Part shown: one piece after another, positions 27,692 to 40,680 of the stretch | Layout of the letters: each line of letters opens with the position of its first letter | How positions within the stretch are numbered: the stretch's first letter is position 1 | Assembly (NCBI GenBank): GCA_964016885.1 | Contig: OZ024760.1 | Coordinates: 19,158,001 to 19,222,000 of the forward strand | From: Eledone cirrhosa | Lineage: Eukaryota | Direction of reading: 5' to 3' | DNA length: 64,000 nucleotides | Program-made: the position numbers and the translations under genes | Notes under the pieces: model-generated | What the model saw: the letters and a program-made list of their open reading frames with translations, nothing else | Databases searched by the model: none | Told to the model about the DNA's origin: nothing

Positions 27692-28196
27692 TATATATAT
27701 ATATATATATATATACTGATATTGCAGTGAAACACACATACATCCCCCCCTCACCCCATTCCTTAATACTGCTCCACCCACCACTTCCGTTCACGTCTTT
27801 GCCTCCGCCATTTGCAATCTAACTGTTCAGTCCATTTTCGCCATATCTCTTGCCTGTTCACACTAGATCTAAACCTATTGCACGAACCAACTGGAATTAA
27901 TATATTTTACACATTCCTACGTTTGCTACCCACACAGACGTGTGTTGCTGTCGATTGTAACAATTTTCCTGTCCATACCGGTATGTAGATATTTCTTCTG
28001 TCCTTTAATTTTTCATCCAACGTCCCTTGTGTTTTCTTCCAGCATAGCTATTGATGTATTAATGGTGAATAGTCCTCTCTTATAAAGCAACCGTAATCCC
28101 CAGAAGGCAACTGCCATGTACATTGTCCATGTACTTGTCACTCCCGAATGTTCTGTATTGTATTTCTTTTACGTGTTTTTTAATTATATATAATAT

Positions 28197-28227
<31 letters not shown>

Positions 28228-28524
28228 ATATAATATATATATAATATTGTTATACTTTGGGAGGGTCATGTTGCCAATAAGAAACACACGATTTCAGATA
28301 AAGAATCTTGCTAAACAAATTCAGAAACGATATATATATAATATAATATATATATAATATATATATAATATATATTCAGAGTTGACACTGCACTCAGTGC
28401 CCCTGTGGGAGCTCCCTACATGGACACGCTGCAATAGGAAGACCGAGGTTAACATATGTTGATGCCCTGATGGAGTAGTTATATTTTGTGTTGTTCACTT
28501 TCTAATTTAAAAAAAATATATATA

Positions 28525-28870
28525 TACAATATATTAACAAATGGAAACTATATTTAGAAAACCATATTTATTTCATTATACATATTTCAAGGACACCAAA
28601 GCAAATTGTGGTGCGCTTTCATCAGATAAAATATAATATAGATCAGTTTTATAAACAAATATTGACATACCCTTAAAGAATGCGACCATGTCGACCATGC
28701 GACCATTGCTTTGGTGTCCTTGAAATATGTATAATGAAATAATTATGGTTTTATAAATATAGTTTCCATTTATTAATATATTGTATTTTTACTCCAATAA
28801 TTTGTTGAGTGCTTTATATCAGTTATAAAAATATTTGCTTGTTGTATCCCAACAAATTAAATATAACTTC
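28525..28870. mobile_element. Family A fold-back element
   Basis: Inverted arms ~28525-28604 / 28706-28785; the right arm continues into the family A tail. Confidence 0.65.
28569..28633 (-). ncRNA. Type I hammerhead ribozyme (family A)
   Basis: TATTTTAT-CTGATGA-AAGCGCACCA-caatttgctt-TGGTGTCCTT-GAAA-TATGTA-TA-ATGAAATA. 8-bp stem I, 9/10 stem II, AUA triplet. Predicted cut 28577/28576. Confidence 0.8.
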
Positions 28871-29835
28871 TACATATATATATATAACACACACACACTC
28901 TCTCTCTCTCTGGGGTGTATGTGTGTAAATTTTAAACCATTATTTAGATTCGTTGAAACTACTTTTGATAAGTAGAATGAAATTAAACACCATTTATCAA
29001 AAACAATTTTTTTTTTAATAATGAAACTGGTTTCCCATAATAAATCTTTCAGTCAAATTGAACCATTTCTCTATTTCGTTTATGGTGCGATAAGAACTGA
29101 CGCGAAATAATTAACTCTTTCAAAGGTAACAACACTTTTCTTTTGAATTTTAGAGCTTAAACTAGGAATAATGTAAATATATGCCATCGCATGAAATTTA
29201 CAGCTTTCAACAAATTTTCTTCATTGATCAGATTACACGGAATCGCTTTTAAACAAGGATTTGTTCGACAAAATTAAGCTGATCATACCTTAACGGAATC
29301 TAATACGTTTAGATAGAAATGTGTAGCAAGTTGTCTTAACAGTAGTATTGCTCACAATATATCAGTTTCTGAGTGAATACTTGAATTGATTCATTGCATT
29401 AGAGATCTTTAAAAAAAGTTTATCAAAACGTTTAGAGTGTGAAGATATTATTTAACTTTGAGATATTATATTCAAATTTTTATTTTTAACTGTTTCTCAA
29501 TAAATGATAAATATTGAATGTCAGCTAAATTTATATATGAAAATATAAAGATAGACTGAACTGAAGCGAAAAATAAACCAAACAGTGGGTGTTTTATTAT
29601 TATTATTGGTAATATTAGGTCAACATGACCCTCCCCAGATATAGCAATATTATTTAACGTCGTTCGTCCTCACGGAGTTGATAAAATAAAATGCCAGTCA
29701 CACACTGGATCGATTTTAAACGACTTTTCCCCCTCTCCCAAAATTGTTGGCCTTATGACTGAATCAGAAACCCTTAAATAAGACAATTTACTAGGACAGT
29801 CATGGACAAACTGCGGCCTGTTTGCCTTCTGAATG

Positions 29836-30030
29836 CAGACCTGTCAAATCTCCCCGTCCGATGAGGACATCTCTCACCCACTTTGGGGTGGGCGAGAGAT
29901 GTCTTCTCTTGTGAAAATGGATATAGCTTTCATTATGTAAAATCTCCCCATTTTGCCTCATTTCTTACCGTTTGGGGGCAATTTTTTTCATGGTATTCCC
30001 CGTTTGGGTTTTTAGAGGTTGGTAGGTCTG
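29836..30030. mobile_element. Putative MITE (hAT-like TIRs) with strong internal hairpin
   Basis: Left CAGACCTGTCAAATCTC; right end reverse complement CAGACCTACCAACCTC. No clean TSD. Confidence 0.45.
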
Positions 30031-30874
30031 AAAATGACGAACCTAATTTCAAAATTGGGTTGATTAAAGTAGTTTGGCCCGTCTTATGAAGAGCTATATA
30101 TTTTACTATGCGGCCCACTGCTTGAAAAATGTTGCTTGTCTGTACTATAAATTTGAAAATAGACATTCGGTCTTCTAGAAATAACAGCAACGAGAACAAC
30201 AACAGCAGTAACAATATCAGCAATATCATGGATACAAGAGCAGAAATAAACAACTATATCGTAATTAATGGGAACAAATTAAGGCTCAAAATACATAATG
30301 TAGTGAGGCAAGAAAGCTATTTAATTAATTAAATAATTAATTAAAACATGTACATCCATAGTACGAAATTCTACTCTTCTTAATTACTAACTGTTCAATA
30401 AAAAACAAAAAAAAACAAAACAAATCATCACACAGGCTTCAACCCCGCCGAATGTTAGTTTTAATTAACGAAATTTAATTAAAAATTAATAATAGACGTA
30501 GGTATGGCTGGGTGGTTAAGTTCTTTTTGTATTAATGTTTTTACTTCGTTGTGAAAATATCTAGTATTATCTCGCCACAGTTTCTAATGACATAGCAGGA
30601 AATATCTAAAAACATGTTTAATTCAAATGTTTATATTATCTTTACAAGTTGACAGATCATCGCAAAAATATGTAGTGTTAAAGACCTCGATTTTGATGTT
30701 TAGCTCAAAATGTCGTTTGTTTTTGGTAATGTGTGTAGAGCGATGACATTTAATATCTTGTAATAAGTGTGTGTGTGTGTCTGTGTCTGTGTGTGTGTGT
30801 GAGACAGCTCACACCTATGCAGGTTTAGCTGGCCTCCTCCAAGGTACATCTCGTTGGAGGTGTCTCGGGTGATT

Positions 30875-31040
30875 TAATGATAGGGACCCCAGTCCTATCA
30901 TCTCATTTCTGCAGCTGAGTAATTGGAGCAACGTGAAATAAAGTGTCTTGCTCAATGATATAACACATCACCCGGTCCGAGAATTGAACTCACAACCTTT
31001 CGATTGCAAGCCCAATGCTCTAACCAATAAACCATGCGCT
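30875..31040 (-). mobile_element. tRNA-derived SINE (59545-type)
   Basis: Reverse complement of the 59545-59710 head and body. Confidence 0.75.
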
Positions 31041-31098
31041 TGTAAGGATTAGCAGAACATATTTAGTTAAAACGTTTGTAGTATCTGCTGCACTTCGG

Positions 31099-31310
31099 GC
31101 CGAGGAGGGTAAACTCTCCAAATATCACTCGCTCTCCGACAAGTGTGGAGACTGCTGGTGTCCTTGGTCCTAGGACCACCTCTCTACTCACCACCATCGG
31201 CACAGAGTTGGCTACTAGCAGGTGTGAGCCTCGCGAGTGGGAATGGCTATTCCAACACAACTCCTTCACCATTCTCCGGTGAAATGCCTTCTCTATTCTG
31301 ACCGCCGGTG
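31099..31310 (+). pseudogene. CRE-clade non-LTR RLE C-terminal remnant
   Basis: Hand translation AEEGKLSKYHSL / VETAGVLGPRTTSLL..IG..LA....EPREWEWLFQHNSFTILR*NAFSIL matches the CRE C-terminal pattern (VETxGxxG...FQRxSxxIxRGNA). Confidence 0.7.
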
Positions 31311-31600
31311 TCACGGAGTGGGCAGTGTATGGGCACCCATTAGCTGGGTGACTTAAATCAAGGGTTTACTACCTAATGTATTTGTGTCTTTGTCTTATCT
31401 CTAAATAAAGTTTTAAATGGTATGACATGTTGAAATGAAGCAAGCTTATTTATTTGCTAACAGTCATATCTCTAAGGAAAGAAAACAAAGCTTTAAATGT
31501 TATGACTAAGTGTTGAATAGTGAGAGATGAGGAAGCGAGAGAGACGGTGACAGTGGGAGTTTGGTTCCATTGTGTTCAGACCTTGTTAGGGTATATGTAA

Positions 31601-31783
31601 TAGGAATAGTCAAGACCCCGACGGCTGAGCTCCGACCGTTGCGACAGCTAGATCCGAACTAGCCGTCGAAACGGTCGGAGCTCAGCCGTCGGGTCTTGAC
31701 TCTTTTCCTATTACCCACTCTACTACCCTAAGTATCGAGTACTCTGGTGTGTTATGGTCCACCTGGTATCTTACTAACCTTCT
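31601..31783. mobile_element. Family F fold-back element (reverse orientation)
   Basis: Arms ~31609-31651 / 31659-31701; right arm reads tagccgtc-GAAAC-g-GTC-ggagctc. Confidence 0.7.
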
Positions 31784-32677
31784 TTAAGGTATATGTATAT
31801 ATTTATTTACCACACCACACCAACATTCATCAAGACACCAGTTATAACCTACTGACAATTTACATAGGGTATAGAGGTGGAGAGAACGGGAGAGATGGAG
31901 GTCGTGAGAGTGAGTTTTGTTCCTTTGTGTTCAGACATTATTACGGTATATATTTATTTACTACACCACATTAATACCAGAAGAGAAATTCTTTGTCGAC
32001 AGATCGTTGTGAAAATTTACAATGTTAGTATAAAGACATACATTTATATAGTGTCTCAGAGTTAAAGAACAAAAAAGAAGACTGTTGGAAAGTTTTAACT
32101 TTTGTGGTAAACAACCAAACTTACAAAGAATTCTCATGAAGAAAAAACAAAACAAAACACAAACAAGTTTACATGAAAGAAATAAAAAAAAGAGTATGTT
32201 TTAAGTTAGGTTGTAAATAGCCAAACTTACATACATATCTCATTAAAAAACAAAATCTTGTTCGTCAATAAAGCTTACACCATCTGTTTTCATTTCATCG
32301 GCGTTGATTTACAGGATTAATTATCCAACTCACCCCCGTCCTTGATCTGAGAAATGCTGATATTATAAGACTAATTGATTTTCAATGAAACACCAGATAA
32401 CGTGATAGTTCATATAAACCTTGTCACAAGCTTTCCAATAATAAATCTCTTTTTTAGTCTTCTATTTCTTTGTGCGGTTGCTACTACTACCACCACTACC
32501 AACACTATCACTACTACTACTACTACTGCTGCTGTAACTAGTACCACTCTTGTTGTTGCCTTCAATATAAATGTAGGAAGTGAACACAGTATTATTACTG
32601 GAAACATCAATACGGAAGAGAGTGGTGAACATTTACATATGTATGTACACACACACACATACATGCACGCACTGACG

Positions 32678-32721
<44 letters not shown>

Positions 32722-32723
<2 letters not shown>

Positions 32724-32843
32724 GGGTGGCCCAAAAGTCGCAATACATAGGACATTTTTAAGTTTCCATATTTATTTATTTTGAATAAATTGTTTCTTAT
32801 AAAAAATTATTTTTTTATGTATCGTGACTTTTGAGCCACTATG
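32722..32843. mobile_element. Tc1/mariner-type MITE
   Basis: TIRs CAGGGTGGCCCAAAAGTCGCAATACATA / TATGTATCGTGACTTTTGAGCCACTATG; TA follows on the right. Confidence 0.7.
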
Positions 32844-32861
32844 TATATATGCTCTTTCTTC

Positions 32862-32895
32862 CTTCTGATGAAGGACTAGCGTCCGAAACGTTAAG
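32862..32895 (+). ncRNA. Minimal hammerhead ribozyme (family D)
   Basis: ctt-CTGATGA-a-GGAC-tagc-GTCC-GAAAC-GTT-aag. Loopless palindromic stem III (AACGTT), 3-bp stem I. A 5'-truncated copy of the element is at 35819-35923. Confidence 0.65.
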
Positions 32896-33214
32896 ACTCT
32901 CTTCCTGCTATTTCAAACGTTAACCTAATATATTCCTTCCATATACTGTACCGATTGTGTTGTTATTTCTGTTTACCTTTGCCACACACAAATATATATA
33001 TTATATATATATAATATATATAATATATATAATATATATAATATATATAATATATATATATATATAATATATGTGTGTATGTATATATATATATATGTAT
33101 GTGTGAATGTGTGTACATGTATGTATGTAAACACGTGAGGCGGGCGAGAGGGCAATGCAGGTGGATATACAGACAGGGAGATATAACGATAGACATTTAG
33201 TTACGACCCATTGC

Positions 33215-33350
33215 GTTCTGAGTTCAAATCCTGCCAAGGTTAACTTTGCCTTTCATCCTTACGGGGGTCGATAAAATAAAGTACCAGTAATCCACGGGGG
33301 TCGATAAAATGAAGTACCAGTAATCCACTGGTTCGGTTTAATCGACTTTC
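33215..33350 (+). mobile_element. Nin-like SINE fragment with internal duplication
   Basis: gggggtcgataaaat.aagtaccagtaatccac duplicated. Confidence 0.7.
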
Positions 33351-35233
33351 CCTTTTAACTTTTTAAATCTTGCCTAAATCAAAAACCATTCTTTTTTGTC
33401 TTTTCTTTTCCTTTCTTTTCTTCTTCTTCGTCTTCATCTTCGTTTTCTTTTTCGCTTTCTTCTTCTTTTTCGCTTTCTTCTTCTTCCTTTTCGTTTCCTT
33501 TTTCTTCGTCGTCGTCTTAGTCGCAGTATTATTCTTCTTCATTGTTGTCTTAGTTCTTTTTGTTACTGCTATTGTTGTTGTTACTGGTGTTCGATATCTC
33601 TGTTTTTAAAGTGTCAATTACCATGATAGGATCTTGGATAATAAAACATTACGACAACAACATAACACTCACAACACACTCACACACACACTCACTTACT
33701 CGCACACAAAAACGAAAACAAACAACATTTCAAGACGCTGATGATATCATTGCCTGTTTACGATTTCGCCAAACAACATTTTATCAATAACACCATTTTA
33801 CTTATTACACTTGTTTCCGTTGTGTCAAGATACTAGTTCTTTCTATAAATATTTATATGGCTGCAAATTGATTAAAACGTAATTAATCTTTATTCATTTA
33901 CAATTTGCCCGTATTTTTGTTTTGTTTTTATGTTTGTTTTTATGTTTGTTTCAGATATATTTCAACAAATTCTATCATCAATTTTTTTTTTTTAGATATA
34001 ATATACCTGTAATATATATTTATCTGAATGTGTATGGAATCAAGTAAAATATTGGCTATATTTATTATATCTTGAGTCAAACTGATTTTTAGTGTGATTT
34101 ATATTAAGATATTCATAAAACAGACTTAAAATGTAAGATATCAGAAAATCTTTGAGAAATTTTGAGAAGATTCTACCATAAATTTTGAGGAAAGTTCTTG
34201 AAAAAAATTGAAAATTTTACAAAAGATTTATAGGAATTTTTTCAAACATTTTCCTAAAAATTTACCTTAAAATATTTTTACAATTTTTGTTCATTTCTTT
34301 TTCAAATTGTTTCGAAAACTTTTCCAAAGAAGACAAAAAGAATGAGCTAAATCTGCACCAGCAGTTTCCTATCTGCTCCCTAAGGAAGAGGTTATGCGTT
34401 AAGTTCAAAACATAATATATGCATATTATTCAATGTAAGTTCTTTCCTATGCATAAATAATTCTCTCTTTTGATTGCTATTATCTCTGTATATCATATAG
34501 AAATAGAATTTTACCGAGATAGTGGATATACTTGGGGAATATTAATTTGAATAGACGGCTCCTTGGTAGTGGAATAGTCGCGAGATCCTGCTATACGCTC
34601 GGTTAGAGAATATACCTCAAGATGCAGTTTGCAGACAAGATGGCGAAACATTTGCCAGGAAGAACACTCATATGTCTAAACTGAGGTATGTCTATTCTAT
34701 TCCATTTAAGCTGCAGAGACGAACGCAACATAATTGAAAATTTGTACAAGAGAAATTTCCGTGTTTTTTCAAACGTAATTTGACACTTCTGGTCCAGCTT
34801 AGCTCATCTATCACCAAACACACAGAGCGAGATCCTAGTTCCATTTACTAAAGATATCGATGAAAGCAGAAACTAAGACATATCATCATTTATTTATTGA
34901 TTGATTAACTAACTTGCATGGTAATTGGAAATCACTTCATACTGACTGGGTTGTGATTGCTGTTGAAATTTGACGTTCAACATATAAATTACATATTCTC
35001 CATAGATATACATTCGCCTCCTTCAAACAAAGAAGAGCGTCTTATATATTTCCGAATAAAAGATAACAGTATAAAGAATAAACTCGATAAAAGTATTTAC
35101 TAGGCCTAGTATATAACCTATATATATACATATATATATATACACATACATTGGGTCGTTAAGTATGAAATTTGTAGTAAAAGAAATCTTTACAAATTTC
35201 ATATTAGACGACCCTTTATATATATATATATAT

Positions 35234-35422
35234 AATTGTTTCTACTTTAGGCACAAGGCCAGCAATTACCCAGTGCATTACTGGTACTTTATGTTATCGA
35301 CCCCGTAAGGATGAAAGGCAAAGTCAACCTCGGCGGGATTTGAACTCAGATCGTAAAGGGACGTAACTATGCTGGAAAGCATGGCGTCCGACCCTCTACC
35401 GATACTGCCAATCCACCGCCCC
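35234..35422 (-). mobile_element. Nin-like SINE, full length
   Basis: Reverse complement of consensus. Confidence 0.85.
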
Positions 35423-35616
35423 CATTATATATAATGTGTGTGTGTGTATATATATATAATTTAATATAATAAAGGGAGATAAACACAGATATATACACGT
35501 GTTCAAATCACAAGGGATCTAAATCGCTCGGGTGAATAAGATACTAGGTATAAACACCTTATGATTTGAACACATATATGTATATATCTGTGTATATATC
35601 TCTCTCTCTCTCTATT

Positions 35617-35660
<44 letters not shown>

Positions 35661-35920
35661 GGTATTAATTTAACAATGAAAATAACAACAAAGTCGAGTT
35701 ATTTTACCTATTCATATCATTGTTTTACGGTCGTTTCGGAGGGTTGATCATATTCACATATTGTCTGACCTATAGCAGGTATATAACTGTATACTATCAG
35801 ACCGTCTTCTTCGGAAACTAGCGTCCGAAACGTTACGACCCTCTTCCTGCTATTTCAAGCGTTAAACTAATATATTCCTTCCATATACTGTACCGATTGT
35901 ATTGTTATTTCTATTTACCT

Positions 35921-35961
<41 letters not shown>

Positions 35962-36079
35962 GAGAGAGAGAGAGAGAGAGATTATTTATCTCTTTGTGCT
36001 TTGAGTCTAAATTTCACCGTGGTTCAATTGATTGGTAGACTTAATCTGTCAACGTTTATACCACTAGCAACACCAACAA

Positions 36080-36178
36080 CGGTGTCTTGATCAAGGATAT
36101 AACGCCTCGCCTGGTCTAGGAATCGAAATCACAACCTCACGATTGCGAATCCAATTTTCTAACATCTCAACCACACGC
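36080..36178 (-). mobile_element. tRNA-derived SINE head (59545-type), diverged
   Basis: gtgtcttgatcaagga...ggaatcgaaatcac...aaccacacgc. Confidence 0.55.
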
Positions 36179-37293
36179 TATATACTATCCTATTAACTAT
36201 AATTACATGTTTTACAAATAAATATTCCATATCTTCTATAAAGTCATTTCTGATGCTTGGTCTGTTCTTTCTCTGATGGTTTAGATGAATAACCAATCGT
36301 ATGGAAAATACACGTCAGGCCAGTAGCCTATTATTAATAAACAAGCTCCTGGCCTGTAATTTAGAACGTGTCAGAGTATTTGATATAGATTGTATGGTTT
36401 ACTATTGTTTTGGCTTTGTATTTGTATGTATTTATGTGAGATTTCACAAATAAATCAATCAAGTTCCCATTCTAGTTATTATTGCAACGTGTGATTGATT
36501 ATATTCTGATGTTTTCATTGGTGTTTTTTGCTCATAACATTAATATCTATGGCTAGTTACTTTTGTTTCATGTTCAATATGTATTCTTTGTAGCGGTCGA
36601 TATATATATATATATATATGTGTGTATGTGTGTTTCAGAAATATTCACATTATTTTCATAACTTCCAAGCATTCACTCAATCAATCGTATGTACTTTTAT
36701 ACGATAACGTTTATTTTCTATTTTCTAGATCACATACACATATAACATATATTGAGTTGTGTACTAAACAGCTGAAGTATACTATAAATTCATTTCTATA
36801 CCCTTGTGATACGATATTTAAACGATGTTATAGTTAATGTGTTTGTAAACAAAAAAACAGTTATAGTATTATGGCGGCGATGTATTTGTTTTGGAAGATT
36901 TTTTTTCTTATTTTTAATGGAATCGTGTTTTGAAACATATATTGTTATATTTGGGGAGGGTCATGTTGTCCAAATATTGCCAAAAATAGTAAAACACTAA
37001 ACAGCTAAATTATTTATAAAAATATAAAGATATACTGAAGTGAAAACCAAACAGTGAGGGTGTTTACTATTTTTGTTTTACTATTTTTGGCAATATGAGG
37101 ACAACATGACCCAGCACCAATATAACAATATTTATTACTAAAACCAGTAAAAAGAGTAAGAAAATGTGGTGCCCCAGCATAGCCACAGTCTAATGACTGA
37201 AACCAGGAAAATAATAAGATTGAGTTCTATCTACGGTATGGACCCTACCATCAAGGGTAGACCACACTGACAAAAAAAAAAGGGCACATATAT

Positions 37294-37608
37294 AATTGTT
37301 TCTACTTTTAGCACAAGGTCAGCAATATCCAGTGTATTACTGGTACTTTATTTTATCGACCCCGTAAGGATGAAAGTCAAAGTCAACCTCGACGGGATTT
37401 GAACTCAGATCGTAAAGGGACGTAACTATGCTGGAATGTATGGCGTCCGACCCTCTATCGATACTGCCAATTCACAGGACCCTCCACAAATGTAACTATT
37501 TATAGTAATAATTGTTTCTACTTTAGGCACAAGGCCAGCAAATGCCCAGTGCATTACTGGTACTTTATTTTATTGACCCCCGTAAGGATGAAAGGCAAAG
37601 TTAACCTC
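37294..37608 (-). mobile_element. Two tandem Nin-like SINEs (37294-37471, 37510-37608)
   Basis: Reverse complement of consensus. Confidence 0.8.
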
Positions 37609-37751
37609 ACCACATGGCTGCTATTTCTAACCAATTTGGTTGTACAGCGACCATACAAAGGGTCCCTAATTGCTATTAGCTCTTGTCTCCACTTCATCGT
37701 CAGTGTGTATATATTTGTATATTTCTGCGTGTGCGTATGCCAGTGTATGTG

Positions 37752-37972
37752 AGTGTGTGTCCGTGAGTATGTGTCCGTGAGTGTGTGTCCGTGAGTGTGT
37801 GTCCGTGAGTGTGTGTCCGTGAGTGTGTGTCCGTGAGTGTGTGTCCGTGAGTGTGTGTCCGTGAGTGTGTGTCCGTGAGTGTGTGTCCGTGAGTGTGTGT
37901 CCGTGAGTGTGTGTCCGTGAGTGTGTGTGTCCGTGAGTGTGTGTGTCCGTGAGTGTGTGTGTCCGTGAGTGT
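37752..37972. repeat. 14-16-bp minisatellite (gtgtccgtgagtgt)
   Basis: Direct inspection. Confidence 0.9.
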
Positions 37973-38432
37973 GTGAGATTCTGTTTGTCCGAGTATGTGT
38001 GCGTGTGTGCTTTATTTATTTCCATATTTATTTATTTATTTTATTCTTTACCTTTTATCAATGTTATTCCGTCTAATTAAATGGAATCTAGGGGGTTCTA
38101 CAAAACCAACAACTCGACCATCTAAGCAGAAAACGTAAAAACAAATCTACGCTTAATGGTTTGTAAATAGCTATAGAACTTTTGTTACTTAATATGGCGG
38201 TCAGTTTAAAAGCTTTGTTCGAATCTTATGACGGATAATTATTTGATAATTATGTCCTCTCAAGAGAGATAACAAGAGGAGATATCTCGCTCAGAAGATA
38301 TAGCAATGAACAGACATTAATTAGTGACATGCAACGATTTGGTTTGGCTTTATCAAGAAATCTGAATCAATGCGTTTGTCACCAGACGATTTCAATAATT
38401 ACTCAGATACGTTTAGAATATCAAATGTTGAC

Positions 38433-38490
<58 letters not shown>

Positions 38491-38715
38491 ATACGTACAT
38501 ATATACATATTCATATACATGTATATATATAATATATATATATATACATCCATTCGTACATATATACATATTCATATACATGTATATATAGATATATATA
38601 ATATATATATATATACATCCATTCGTACATATATACATATTCATATACATGTATATATAGATATATATATTATATATATATACATCCATTCGTACATATA
38701 TAAATATTCATATAC

Positions 38716-38747
<32 letters not shown>

Positions 38748-38754
38748 GCAGAGG

Positions 38755-39071
38755 TAATATTTAATTTGTTGGGATTCAACAAGCTTAAACATTTTTATAA
38801 CTGATATAAAGCACTCAACAGTTTAGTGGAGTAAATATTCAATATATTAATAAATAAAAAATATATTTATAAAACCATAATTATTTTATTATATATATTT
38901 CAAGATTTGTTTTATAAATAAATATTGACATATCCGGGTATGTCAATATTTATTTATAAAACAAATCTATTTTATCTGATGAAAGCGCACCATAATTTTC
39001 CTTGGTTGCCCTTGAAATATATATAGTAAAATAATTATGGTTTTATAAATATATTTTCCATTTATTAATAT

Positions 39072-39075
<4 letters not shown>
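38755..39075. mobile_element. Family A fold-back element
   Basis: Symmetry centre ~38935 (tattgacata..tatgtcaata); the left arm lacks the HHR core and stem II. Confidence 0.65.
38968..39033 (+). ncRNA. Type I hammerhead ribozyme (family A)
   Basis: TATTTTAT-CTGATGA-AAGCGCACCA-taattttcct-TGGTTGCCCTT-GAAA-TATATA-TA-GTAAAATA. Predicted cut after 39025. Confidence 0.75.
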
Positions 39076-39102
<27 letters not shown>

Positions 39103-39116
39103 TGATACATTCATAC

Positions 39117-39177
<61 letters not shown>

Positions 39178-39304
39178 GGTTGAGAAGAGGGCTGTGTGGT
39201 TTCTGATAACGAGTGTTAGAAGGTAAGGGGACACAAACAAGGGGTGAACAGTCTTCCTTCGTCGGTAGGTGTGTGTGCATATTTGTGTGTGTATTTCTAT
39301 TTGA

Positions 39305-39475
39305 GCCCCGTGTTCAATCAAAGGGTAACCACAGTTAGTAATGTATTGTAAACATGATAGTTAATATAGAAAGGGCTTCTACAGGACTATAACTGTTTCA
39401 TTCGGGTAAAACCATCAGTGTTTTCCTGATGATTTCTTTGGAATGAAACAGTTCTAGTCTTGTAGAAGTCATTTA
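39305..39475. mobile_element. Family C fold-back element with HHR-like core
   Basis: Arms ~39373-39418 / 39426-39470; CTGATGA-tTTC-tttg-GAAt-GAAAC-a-GTT. No stem I found. Confidence 0.55.
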
Positions 39476-39483
39476 TATATATA

Positions 39484-39521
<38 letters not shown>

Positions 39522-39706
39522 GAATTATATGGTTTGTTGATTATTATTCAACAGAATTAATTTTATAACAGATTTGAAGCACTCTACAAATTTTATCTGG
39601 AGTATTATACTATTATGTCTACTCTAATCTGGAGTATTATACTATTATGTCTACTCTAATCTGGAGTATTATACTATTATGTCTACGCTAAATATTATAT
39701 TTTATT

Positions 39707-39960
39707 AGTTCAAATCCCGCCGAGGTTGACTTTGCCTTTTATCCTTACGGGGTCGATAAAATAAAGTACCAGTAATGCACTGGGTAATTGCTGGCCTTGT
39801 GCCTAAAGTAGAAACAATTATATATATAAACGTCCCTTTACGATCCGAGTTCAAATCCCGCCGAGGTTAACTTTGCCTTTCATCCTTACGGGGTCGATAA
39901 AATAAAGTACCAGTAATGCACTGGGTAATTGCTGGCCTTGTGCCTAAAGTAGAAACAATT
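39707..39960 (+). mobile_element. Two tandem 5'-truncated Nin-like SINEs
   Basis: 39707-39799 and 39830-39960 match the consensus 3' part. Confidence 0.8.
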
Positions 39961-39961
39961 A

Positions 39962-40021
39962 TATTTTATTTGATGAAAGCACACTAAAATTATATGTCCT
40001 TGAAATACGTATAATAAAATA
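39962..40021 (+). ncRNA. Hammerhead ribozyme, family A, C3U variant
   Basis: TATTTTAT-TTGATGA-AAGCACAC-taaaattat-ATGTCCTT-GAAA-TACGTA-TA-ATAAAATA. Palindromic stem III; core C changed to T. Confidence 0.6.
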
Positions 40022-40058
40022 AATATGGTATTATAAAGATATTTTCCATTTATTAATG

Positions 40059-40099
<41 letters not shown>

Positions 40100-40211
40100 T
40101 TGAAAAAAAATGAAAACGAAATTTCATTTCACACTCTTAGTATGGCACTTACTTAAATGTAAGTATGTATGTATACGTACATACTTATATGTATACAGAC
40201 GTACAGTAGCA

Positions 40212-40265
<54 letters not shown>

Positions 40266-40515
40266 TATACATACAGGTACACATACATATATGCACGCAT
40301 CAGTTTAGCGGACGCTTATTATAACGCCGCTTTGTTCGTTTGTAAACAAACTGAACAGCCTGAATTTATGCCATACGGTGTTAAGGCAACCACGTCACCT
40401 TTTTGTTCAACACTGACACAGGAACGATGTACTAGTTTCAAGCTTGTTAGCTATCATCAGCACCGTTTACCCATCTGCCAGATAGTTGAACGTTATATAT
40501 ATATTTATATATATA

Positions 40516-40680
40516 AGGGAGGGAGATCAGGATAGAATCAGTTTGAAAATGGTTAGATCATTACTCACCAGAGAACTCAATACTTGGGGCAGCAGTGTAT
40601 GGTTATGTTATAAAGAGTCAGGACCACGACGGCTGAGCTCTTGTAATGCTACCAGCTAGAACTAGCTGTTGAGACAGCCC
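40516..40680. mobile_element. Diverged family F element
   Basis: caccagagaactcaatacttggggcagcag...acgacggctgagctc...cagctagaactagctg. Confidence 0.5.

Noticed and set aside
35728-35815. CCGAAGA...GAAAC-GAC motif on the minus strand with internal hairpin
   Set aside because: Core and cleavage triplet are both non-canonical and stem II is irregular; cannot support a ribozyme call.
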